64,000 bases of DNA from Geosiphon pyriformis uo1 (lineage: Eukaryota > Fungi > Glomeromycota): assembly GCA_016748015.1 (NCBI GenBank), contig JAAOMT010000094.1, positions 51,281-115,280 on the forward strand, written 5' to 3'. This document shows, piece by piece, positions 40,501 through 51,955 of the stretch. The position numbers and the translations under genes were made by a program. A model generated the notes under the pieces. The model was not told the DNA's origin and made no database searches. It saw only the letters and a list, made by a program, of their open reading frames with translations. Position 1 is the stretch's first letter, and every line of letters starts with the position of its first letter.

Positions 40501-42259
40501 AAGCAATAGGACAAGTGTTTGTGAGAACACCATCCCAATCATACAGCTTAGGAATCATTGACACCCAGGTCCTTTTCCAAGAAACAGGCACCCCGCCAAT
40601 AGACAAGCAAGCATTCAGCAAAACCAATAGACAGCTCAGAACCACCTCACTACCATGCTTCCACAGCTTATTGGGAATATCAAACAGGCCAGCGGCCTTA
40701 TCATCAGACAGACCACCCATTACCAGAAGAAACTCCTTCATATCTATCTTTTTCATAACACCAGAAAAGGCATCATCCCTTATATAATCCAATGGCATGT
40801 ACTGACAAACTCAGCATTCAGACAATGTTTGAGGTACAGCGCGAACTCTTGTCCATCCCATTATGATTTCATCTACTTTAGACTTTACCTCTTCAGGTTC
40901 TAAAACCAAGTTATCATTAACCACCAAATAATCAAGAACCATCTTATGAAAAGGCTGGTCCAAAACACTCCGGATTATGCCACCTTTATTAAAAGCAAAG
41001 CTCTTCATGTGCTTTTCTATAGCCTTCCTGATAGAAGTCTCCTTAGCCAACCTTGACTCAAACATTTTTGACTTTCTATATTCTTTGCAAACCGATGACA
41101 AATGCTTGAGAAGAACAACACTGTCCCCATCCAAGATGACCAAGTCAGAAAAAGTGCAAGCCTTGGCCTTGTCCAAAGTGAACCATTTTCTCACAAGATG
41201 ACCTACCCCAAGCATGTCACCAGAACCAATCTTACTAACAATCTTGGCAATGAGCAGCTCAAGCCTAAAAAACTTCGAAGAATGTTTATTCCTAAAGCAC
41301 TGAAATTCACTAAACCAATGCCTCACGAACACCTCATCAGCTGACTCAACCATCTCCCTTTCCAAAATTACCCACATAGCATCTAAATCACCACCAGCTT
41401 TGGCCTCAGAGAAAAAGTCTATGACCAATAGAAGTTTATCCAAAACACAATCCTTAAACTTAATCCATTTGGCATCATCTGCATCTCTAATTCTGAACTT
41501 CTAACAATCCTTGTTAGCCTGTTTGCGCAAACTATTCAACTGAGCATTCAAGAGTCCACCCAAGCCAACCGATACCATGACAGCACTGTGATCCATGTTA
41601 AAAAATTCAGAAACAGATCTAATCCAATGCTTAGCAACAGTGGAAGACAGATTTTTACTAACAAAAATGTAATTAATAGTCTTTTTAACTCTTCTTGAAT
41701 TGCACCATGTAGGTGTCCCAGCCAAATGATGGCCAGCAAAAGAATTAACCAAACCCAGCCCCAAGCAAAACCTAAAACTCACGCTCCTTCCAGACCCGCT
41801 TTCATTAAAATCCCCACCCAACACAATGAAAGTGCTGGTATTGACTGCCTTAGCAATAATAGAATTAACCTCAAACGCCTGACCAAAACAAATGCCAGGA
41901 AAAGCACCAACATACAAACCAAACACAGTTACTAAGAGCTTGCCTTTGAACAAAAGTTGCACAGAAACAACTCGACCAGAGATCTCTTTAACCTTAAAAA
42001 CATGGTGAGCCAAAGAATTGTTCATGATTACAGCAACACTGGCACTGAGATAACCAACATCCAAACCAGAAGTAAAAATCTGAACCCCATCAAATTTATC
42101 CCTGATCTATGGCCTAGCAAAGGATTTCAACTTCGTTTCAGTAACAAAAGAAACTATATTCTCCGAACTCACATGCCAATAAACAATGTCTGTTTGCTTT
42201 GCAGGAACGTTAATACTCTGAACATTGCACATTGCAAATTTCCAGACCAGATCGCTCAT
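37568..42259 (-). pseudogene. LINE D ORF2 (APE-RT-RNase H-CCHC), in-frame stops
   Basis: ATG at 42259 (MSDLVWKFAMCNV), LGGDFNE, QNMQKAYDSVG, LDQGEVFLPLLW, GAFVDDTIW, TDSQVA, WVKVKEHSG..GNIKADAAA, CLLC..DHVFTC. Confidence 0.95.
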
Positions 42260-44177
42260 TAGGATAAAGAAGAAATATGGAAACCAGAACTAGAACACAA
42301 GAGATCCAATTTCACCAGAACTGAATCAATTAAAGCTTCCAGAGCAGACATCTTAGATTTCAGACCACCCACTTTGAAGATAAGAACCTTCGAACCACTC
42401 GAACTAAGAACAGCATCAAGCACATCAGTACCAAAAACAGAAGGTGTAGATAAAATCAATCTACCATTCAGAGCCATATCCGAGTCCACAACTGAAATCA
42501 CAGGCACAGAAACATCTAAAGGGGAAACACGAAAGAAAGATGCTAAAGGCACCAATTCAATAAAACTCAATTTTTTCACAATACTAGAAACCTGGTTAGC
42601 TAAGAATTCCAAAGAGCATTCCAAGGATGTCATGCAACCACTCAAATCAGAGATATCAAGAGACCCAGAGGTCATTGAGAGAGATTTCATGCCTGAGGGT
42701 AAACCACTACCAGAAACATCCAAAAGAACTGTATGAGAGGAAGAGTTACTGGCAACCTGAGCCCACGTCTTGCCACCAAACAAAACTGGCCGTGCAATAG
42801 GAGCCATCTTTTTCTTATATATTCTGGCCAGACAAATCTGATCCTAATTAGAAACCACCCGCCTCCTACAACCACCAGAATTCCCACCCATCAAACAGTT
42901 AACAGAAATATGACCAAATTGTTTACACTGACTACAACAGGGCAGAAAAAGACCAGCCCAATGCAAATTTACACCCTTGAAAATTGGAATTGTGCCAATA
43001 GCAGTCAACTTGGACACCTCATTACAAAACAAATTACAGCACACCTATCACAAACATATGAACTAAGATTGTGGCTGATAAAACAAGACTTCTCACCATA
43101 AGATATCAACAAATCGGAAAGATCATGGGCAGTGGTGTCCACTGGAAAAGTGTATAGCAATGCTCGATGCTGATCTCTAAATATTCATGTTTGTTTATCA
43201 TTGATCGCCAAAGCCACACACACAGAATCCTTTTCCATAAAAACAGACCACATAGAAGCGACCTGACTGGCAACTTTAGACAACTCAAACTCAACTGGGG
43301 CTTTTTGTCAAAGACCAATTAACTGCATCTTGATAGACACAATCTTGTCAAATTTAGAAAAAACTAATTCTACCACTGATCTGGAAAGATTTATTGGGAT
43401 TTTCTTGACAATCACCTCCCAATCTAAATGGCTGTTTGCTTTTCTGACATCATTATTAACCAAAATTTTTTTACAGATTGCCATTTCTTTAGCCTTATTC
43501 AAACTAAATTCAGATGTAAAAGATGATCTAATGATACCAAGAAATTTTGAGGAAGTGAAGGCTCCTCCAAAACCATCAACACAATAAAAAATTTTTTTTA
43601 ATGAAATTAATTTATCACTAACTAACTTGCCAGACACTGCAAAAAGCTCAATATCAAGTGCAAAAAATTTTGTTGTATTAAAGTTCCATATTTCCGACAA
43701 CTGATTGGACTCAATATTCACACAAGGAGGAAGATCTAATACAACATTGTTATCACTTATATATTCGAACAAAGGTCACTTCAGAGGGTTGCTTAGTGCA
43801 AACGTCCGAGTGCATGTCTTTCTTGGTGTTGTTTCATCCATGTTGTCATCTTTACCTAATTCCATGTAACTGGTTTCCTCGGCAATTGTGTTCGCCATAT
43901 TTTCGATGTCTAAGAGATCACTTACACTACTAATAATACTGCCAACTTCACTTCTCCAGGATATTCCAGGCTTGACGCCAGCACTACCAAAATTTTTCAA
44001 GCCCAAAAGGCCAGTAGACGAGTCAACCACAACATCAGCAACAGACTTCTTTGGCTTCTTGTAGAACGCACCTCAAGAGTACACTGTATTTACACACTTG
44101 CTTTTCACACTTTGGCAGGTTCCCAAACCAGCCAAAATCAATTCAGAGCTACTAGCAAAAGAGCCCACTAGTTCTAT
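42259..44177 (-). pseudogene. LINE D ORF1, in-frame stops
   Basis: ORF fragments 43776..44030, 43308..43772, 42844..43044 and 42259..42807 are homologous to copy B ORF1. Intact knuckle CSQCKQFGHISVNC. Start codon probably decayed to ATA at 44177. Confidence 0.88.
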
Positions 44178-44798
44178 TACAACAAATGGAAGTGTAGTAG
44201 AAGAAATAGCTAATAAAGACTAGAGGAAAAGAGAGAAAGAAAAGCGAATACTTTAGAAATATCTATGCTTTTGTCGTGGTTAGGGGATTGACAAGAGAAA
44301 GATTGGAAAATAGAAATTAATATTTTATTAATAATTATAATTAAAAACTATTGTTTTAATATTGTTAATAATATTGTTTAATGTTAATAACATTAAAAAT
44401 AATAATTGAATTTTAATAAAATAAGCATAAATTTATAAAAGTTGAATATTAAAAAATTTAAATAAAAAATTTATTTTGGATAAATATTTATTTTAAATAT
44501 TAGATTGCTAATTATTAATGTTATTTAATAAGAATTAAATTGAATTTGTTTGTTTTTTGTTTTTATAGCTATTATTATATATATATAAATTTTTATAATA
44601 TAAAATTCTTAAAATTCTTAATAATTTCTATATTTTTTAAAGCTATTATTAAAATTAAAATTTCTAAAATTTTTAATATTATATGTTTTCAATAATCTAT
44701 ATTATATTATTAATTAATTATATTATATTATATTTACTATTTTTTTTCTGTTTTATTTTATAAGTATACTAAGTTAATCAATTTTTTTGATTATATTA

Positions 44799-47700
44799 TG
44801 AGATTTTGATGTTCAGTCTGGTTTGGTTTAAGTTCAATTAAACTTCTAAACTAAACCAAACTTAAACAGAAGATTTAGCAAAATTTTAAACTCGAACTTG
44901 AATCAGACTTAAAATTACTAAACTTAAACTGAATCCAAATACATGTAACAAGTCTGGTTTAAGTTTAATTTAAAGTTCATAAACATGTTCAGATTTAACT
45001 ATTAAAAATATTATATTATATTATATTATTATTTAATTTTTTTTTCAATAGTTTTTGCATTTATAATTAAAGACACTGTACTGCTTTTATAGTTTTAGAT
45101 ACTAAACAAAATCTCATATCTGTAATTATATTTTTATTTGCAGAAAAGTTATATTTAAAAGCAACAAATAATTTTTAAATTGCCAAATAATTATAAACCA
45201 TATATACAAAATAAAAAAATTATATTTGATGTGCTTAAATATCAAATTATTAATAAAATGTTAATTCAAATAAATATTTTTTGTAATATATTTTCTACCA
45301 TATTATTATATTTATTTTTTTATTGGCCATCTTTTTAAAGATATAACAATTAATTTTGTCAAGTTTTTCTTTCTTATTATCATTAAAGTCTGTTTCTAAT
45401 ATAGATTATATAACTAATATTATAGTATCATTAAAATTGCCATTCAATAAAAAACTGTTATTTAATATTAGTATAATATTTAATATGTACTCTGTTTTAA
45501 AAAAAATATGTATTTTAAAGATTTATTTATTGTGTAAGAATTAGAAAATAAAACTGTTTAAATAATTAATAACTTACAATTTTTTTATTTTATTAATATT
45601 GTTATCCAAAAATTCTTTTTTTATGAAATAATAGAGTTTTTTACTTGAATCCAATACAGTACAGAGCATTATAGTTGTATTTGTTTTAAAGTAATATTTA
45701 ATTAACTTTTTTCATACTGTTTTAGCTACTGTAATAAGTAATAGATTTAATATTAAATATGTTAAATAAATAAATACAATTAAGATTATAATATTTTACC
45801 AAATTTATTATCATCAACCATGTTTTTAATATAATTAAAAATAATATTAAAGAAAAAAATAATTAAGAAGACAATATTATTTAAACTGGCTAATATTTTG
45901 ACCATAATATTCTTAAATAATTCAAAGAATTTTGCAATTTTATTAAAGACAGTTCACTGATTATATGAAATAACATATTAATAGAAGTTAATATAAGTGC
46001 TAATAAGAGTGTTTAATGCTTATAAATTTATATTTAGAATTTTTGTATTCAAAATATACAGAATCAGAAATAAATGACTTGCCAATTTAAGAAATAACTT
46101 ATTCCTAACTATGTTATAAATAGAATTTTATTGGATAATACAATTCAGAATAGGTTTATGATATTTAATTTAATATGTATTACAGAAACGTTCAAAAAAC
46201 TCAAAATATTGAGATAAGATATGGATTACAAAATTAAATTCTTTAATATTTAATTTATATAAAGTTTATATTAAGAAAATTTCAGGTAAATATATTTGGT
46301 TTGGGTTTTTAATAAATATCTTAAAAACATCATTTTTTATTTCATTTAAAGATGTTTGTACTGTTAAGTTTAGAATATGATTAAAGCATTAAAATCAAAA
46401 GTTCTTTAAGTTCTATTAAATGTTTTTTTTTTCTAATTTTTTGCTAACTTTTTTATAAAAATATTATTATTTGTGGCATTATTGAAGATAATAGCAAGAA
46501 GCTATTAAAAAAAATTAGATTATAACTAATAAAATTAATAATAAACTTGTATAAAAAAAGAGTGAGTATAATTTTTTTTAATCTTTTTTTTTAATCTTTT
46601 TGGCTGAAAATTTAGCTTAAGACAATAATAAAACCACTTAAGTTAATATTAAGAAAATGCCATTTTTGATAATATAAACACTGTAATAATTTTAAGTCTT
46701 AAATAATAATAATATGCTTCATAGTATGTCAATCTTATTATTGGCTATTAACTAATCCAAATTTATATAAGAATATATATATATATTTTTGATATAATTC
46801 TATAATTTTTTAATACTTTAAAAAATCTATTTACAATATTATTTTATTATATTATCTACTTATTAATCCAAAATCAATTATTGTTTGTTGAAAATTCCAA
46901 TTGTTATTAATATAATGAGCAATAATAAAAACAAAAACTTTGTTATTAGAAGATATTCAAAAATCTTATGTAAAGAAATTTTGGACTTAATAATATTTAA
47001 GTATGCCTATTATATTATATGTATAAATAAAAAAAAAAATTTTATAATAAAAGTAGTATTTACTCTTAATTTTTGTCTACTTAAAACATAGAGTTCTATA
47101 ACTCTATTCTTAATTACATTGGCATAAACAAGTTAAAAAGTAGGGTTCAAATATTAAAATATTTCAATTAATTCAAAGTCTTCTATTATAAAAAGTAATT
47201 ACTAGTAATTAATAAGCCAAATAGTAATCATGTTACAAAGTTTTTTATTATTAACATCAATAGCAGTTACTACAGAAAACTAAAGCAGTTACTACAGAAA
47301 ACTAAAGCAGTTTTCTAATTAGATTGGCCAAAAATTATAAAAAAAATAGCAATTTCATCTATTAAAATATTTTTTCAATTAATTCACAATTTTTCTGAAC
47401 ATTTGGTTTTTTTTTATAATATTTTTTGTTATAACATATACTGTTTAGTGGGAAGTCTCTAAATAGCACTATAAAAGTTTGGTAATACTTGTAGTTTTCC
47501 AAGAAAATGGTTTATGCACACATTTTAAGACCATATATTTAGTTGTTTTTTTCTTTTATCTACTCAAACTTATTAAAACAGTTCTATATTTTACTTTAAA
47601 AATTACATTTACCAAATATATTAATATTTAGACTATTTGAATTATTAAATTCTATTATTTCGAATTTTAAATCTTTAATAACATTAGATAATATTAACAA

Positions 47701-48026
47701 TAAATTCATTTTGGTAAGTTGGAGAGTAAAGTTGTTATACATACATATTTTTATATACTTTTTTAATTGATCATAATAATTAAACAAAATAATAATTAAT
47801 GAACAAGTAATACAAGTTATATCTTTTTTTAATTTTATTAAACTTGAACAAGTTTATAAACTTCAAACCAAACTTGAACCGAATTCAGACTTGTCAAAAA
47901 GATTCAATGCTAAACTCAAACCAAACTTACTTTAAAAAATTAGTTTGGTTTAAGTTTAATTCGTAATTTGAACTAAACTTGAACAACAACCAAAGTTTGG
48001 TTTAGTTTGGTTCAATCAGAACTCTA
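44799..48026 (-). mobile_element. hAT DNA transposon (3.2 kb) with decayed BED-finger transposase, ~12-bp TIRs and 8-bp TSD
   Basis: TSD ttatatta (44791-44798) / ttatattg (48027-48034). TIRs tgagattttgat vs (rc) tagagttctgat. Subterminal AAACC/GAACT-type repeats at both ends. Minus-strand motifs: BED-like ~47450-47530; LAI..DNATNN-like ~46465-46500; CFNHILNLTVQ 46356-46388; PILDC.TRWNS-like ~46120-46153; dimerisation YLAI..S..SER.FS-like ~45075-45250. Confidence 0.88.
47262..47312 (+). repeat. Perfect 22-bp tandem duplication
   Basis: agcagttactacagaaaactaa x2 plus agcagtt. Confidence 0.95.
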
Positions 48027-48995
48027 TTATATTGTCTTTAAAATTAGTTATTTAATTTTTTAAGTTGGCAGTAGTATTTTTTTTATTTTTACTTTCTTAA
48101 TTCTTATTATTATTAATATTTTATTGTTGTAATTTTTAAGTTTATAAAGACTTTAAGTCTTATTATATTAGAAACTAATATTTTATATAAGTATTATATC
48201 TAATAAAAAATTTTTTGATATTAATATTGTTAGATATATTAAAGTTTAAATTATTTATTTTTAAATTATAAAATATATTTATTTTTTTTTTAAATTTTTT
48301 TCAAGTTTATTAATAATTTCAAACTTTTTATTTTATTTTTTGTTAGTATAAAGTTTTATTTCAAAGTTTCTATATCTTTGGTTTTTTATTATTATATTTT
48401 TGTTTGCTTTTGCTGTTAATTTTGTAATTAATTTGAGATTAAATGCTTTAAAATTTCCAATTTTGAGTTTGATTAAGTTTATTATTAAACCAAATTAGTT
48501 TATTAATTATTTTAATTATTATATTATTAAACACTTTTTTTGTTTTACATTAAAAATTAAAAAGTATAATTATTATTGTTTAATGTAAAGTGTTTTATTT
48601 TTGGTAGATTTTTAGATAAAATTAGTGAAAATTGCTTATAATTAAAACTGAAATTGGTGTATGGATAATTTAATAATATTTTAAATAAAAATATATATAT
48701 TTAATTAATAATTTTTTAAAAATACCAATCTATTAATATTAAATTAAATGTAAATAAAACTGTTAAATAAATAAATAATATTATTATTATTAACAGTAGT
48801 ATATTAATTGTAATTATACATAAAATATTTTTTTAGAATAGGTTTTTTTCTATAAACTTAATATAATTTAGTTTAAATTAGACTTATATTTGATTATATG
48901 TAAAAAATACATGAATTATATTTAATTTAAATTACTTAGTTTGGATTAATATATTAAATATTAGTTGAATTACATATTAAATTTAATAAAAAAAA
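48027..48995 (+). mobile_element. Very decayed LINE-derived remnant ending in the family 3'UTR and A-tail; probably the hAT target, continuing at ~44320-44798
   Basis: 48865-48995 matches the LINE 3'UTR. A CKxFIF-like ORF2 C-terminal trace lies at ~48583. The upstream part is too decayed to assign. Confidence 0.55.
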
Positions 48996-49304
48996 TATTT
49001 CTAGTTAAATCAAATAAGATTTTATAAAATTTAAAATTAATTATACAATTTATATTAAAATAAATTATTAATAATATATAAATATAATTAATATATAACA
49101 AAATTTTTTTTTTATAAAATATAGATATTATAATATTTACATATTGGTTTAATTACAATTTAGAATAATACAAAATACAAAATTTAATTTAAAAATAACT
49201 ATAAATAATATAAACATTAAATATAAAAACATTTAAGTATTAGAAAAAACCAAGATTTTGTAAAAACAGCAAAATAATTATATAGATAAAAAAGTACATA
49301 ATAA

Positions 49305-49750
49305 TTTATTTTTAAATAATATTTTAATAAAGTGTGTCCAAACATTATCTAATACAATATATTAAAATAAGTGACTTAAATTAAACATGTTTTATGCATT
49401 TTTTACATTTAACCAACTATTCAAATCGGTCAAAACACTAACTAAACTAAATCAGAAGAAGTTGAAAAGAAATTCAAACCACTAAGTCTTTCTATAATAT
49501 AGCATATTTAGTACAAACATAAATAATTGAATGGTAATTAACAACACAAGTTTTTTTTACTAATTTAGTCCAAAAAATTTTACAGATTATAAACAGTTGT
49601 TTCTATTAATAAAATAAACAATAAGCTTAACAACCATTTCTTTTTTTCTATAATACTTTGTTAATATTAGCTTTGACTATTATTTTATTCAAATATTGAT
49701 TTATTTAATTTTTAAAGTTGAATTATCCTTTTTGAATTTATAACAAAATT
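49305..49750 (-). mobile_element. Internally deleted LINE remnant: ORF1 middle joined to the 3'UTR
   Basis: The reverse complement of 49305-49445 matches the 3'UTR of copy B. The reverse complement of 49500-49700 reads like ORF1 (GTTAH.L..F...GGKTCVV...YV.A.CA). Confidence 0.65.
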
Positions 49751-49853
49751 TTAAAAAAATTAAGGTGACAATAAAATCTTCTTATATAAAAATTTAAAAC
49801 ACTTTATCTTATAATTAATTGAAAAATCAACCGTAAGAATCATCATCAATAAT

Positions 49854-49903
<50 letters not shown>

Positions 49904-50468
49904 ATATTCGTAAAATTGACTTCAAATTCACTTAATATTTATTAATAAATCATTAATATAAATATTAATACAATAATAAACTTTATAAAAAATTTATTTT
50001 GGCATTTATTAATTTATTATTAATATTAAAATATTTTTACAATTAAAATTATTAATAAAAAATGGTCTAAATTTTTATTATTAATGATATCTGTATTACA
50101 GAATCTAGATTCTTAAGATAATTCTGTGTATTACTTTATTTCTTTTTTCTTTCTCTCTTTATTTATTTATTCATTAGAAATTATTTTAAAATTTTTGACT
50201 AAAAATAAATTTTTTTTTACTCAATCTATTACTACAATCTTATCTAAAAATTTAATTTTAGCATTGATAAAGAATTCATTTTTTAATATATATATATGTA
50301 ATTTTTTATTCATTGAAATTTTTTTTTCAATCTTATAATGTATATTCTGAATAATTTTAAATAACAGTTAAACACTTTAAAAGAATATGTTATCATCAAA
50401 TTCTTTATTTCAAAAAAAGAAATAATATACTTTTTAAATTTATATTTATGATCTTATCATTAAAATCC

Positions 50469-50469
50469 A

Positions 50470-50510
<41 letters not shown>
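50469..50510. repeat. (TTA)n microsatellite at the TE/gene compartment border
   Basis: Visible in the sequence; similar AAT/ATT tracts at ~49850-49902, 51657-51699 and 51861-51905. Confidence 0.95.
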
Positions 50511-50513
<3 letters not shown>

Positions 50514-51655
50514 AATGATTTTTTTCCCAAGCCCGCTGACGAAAGAAATTCAGCCAAATGCGGTCGATGATGCATACAATTTCATCAAACAATTAATTAA
50601 AAATTTCAACAATTTCATAAAAACAAACAATCAACTTTTTTTACGATGTGGTGTTAGTTGTCTCTATGTCATACTTCTTTTAACAGTCTCCACTTGTGTT
50701 AGGAGTTATCTGTGTGTGTGTGATAGGAGCTTTCATTTAATTTATTTACTATCAATAATGGTATCACAGTTTCATCCCCGGGGTTGCAAGAAATATTCTG
50801 CATGCACGTAAATCATCACCTACCTCTACTTTTGATTCCTATACATATGATCATCCAGTTTTCCCGTTTTAATTCCAGCAACAACAACAGCAACAACAAC
50901 AGGGAGCTTATTAATTTCCCAATTTGTAAAAAGTCCTTCAGATAGAGGTAATACCACCTGATCTTTCCAATATTCCATGAAATCATTCCTAAATGCTAGT
51001 GATGATGATGATGATGATTTTCACAAAGATTGAAATAGTATAGGAAAATGCATAAAGGTGCAAGCAAGGCTATCCTACCTAAACTCTTTATGTTAAAGTC
51101 TCGAAAAATGGGTAAGGAGAAAGAGTGAGTGAGTGAGTAAGTGAGTGAGTGAAAGAATATTGTTGTAACTCTGAATAAGTTATTAATATGACACCACTTA
51201 TGTATCATAATTCCCAAGTCCGGGATAGACAATGGGTAAAATTCCGATGGAACCATTAGTTTGTTTTACTATCAACAAAGTTTTTATCGGTGTGTATTTG
51301 GTTTTTGATTCTTTTTGATTTTTTTTGAATAATTTATTTTATCTCGAGAAGATATGTTAATATAGATAGTAAAAGATATTCTTTAAAGTTATATTAAAAT
51401 TTTTTTTTAATATAACTTTAGAAAAAAACATTACGAGAAAAGTAGGCGCATGTACGATGGGAATATTCGTATGTATATATGTATGTATGTATGTATGCTT
51501 CAAACTCTGGAAGAGGGGTTTTTGTGGAATGTAAAAGGTTGTGTTACGTCGAGTAAATGTCTCTTTTAAAATAGTGAGAAATTCTGATGAGTTAAATGTT
51601 CAAAGGTTATGCTTTTTAGATTTTTTGGATGAAATCATTATCGAAGAAGATTAAT

Positions 51656-51700
<45 letters not shown>

Positions 51701-51860
51701 TGAAATGAGATTATAAAGAGTAAAAAAATATTAAAATTATAAATGAGTTATTTCAAAATTATTTCCTTACACAACAAACGTGCTATGAATGCTTAGAACA
51801 AGATTTTTATATATATATCAAAAATTCTAGAATTAAAAAATTGAATTTGATATTCATTCA

Positions 51861-51906
<46 letters not shown>

Positions 51907-51955
51907 TAAAAAAATTTATTTTAACTTGAATATTTTTCTTCCAAGAGCAAAAAAA

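Larger units (their letters stand above)
37431..44310 (-). mobile_element. LINE copy D, full length (~6.9 kb), least decayed
   Basis: T-run at 37431-37439, 3'UTR, ORF2 and ORF1 homologous to copy B, pyrimidine-rich 5'UTR to ~44310. Sharp GC steps at both ends. Confidence 0.97.

Noticed and set aside
37662-43587. Many antisense and alternative-frame ORFs over LINE D (and likewise LINE B)
   Set aside because: Shadows of the LINE coding strand with no independent motifs.
15251-44177. Alternative genetic code or stop read-through explaining in-frame stops in LINE ORFs
   Set aside because: TGA, TAG and TAA all occur, at different positions in different copies, at ancestral TGG/CAR/CGA codons; they are transition mutations.
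42-50338. Short K/N/I/F/L-rich ORFs in AT-rich DNA (e.g. 323, 2980, 5672, 13086, 31199, 45356, 46885, 50126)
   Set aside because: Chance open frames or decayed TE fragments; composition reflects A/T saturation.
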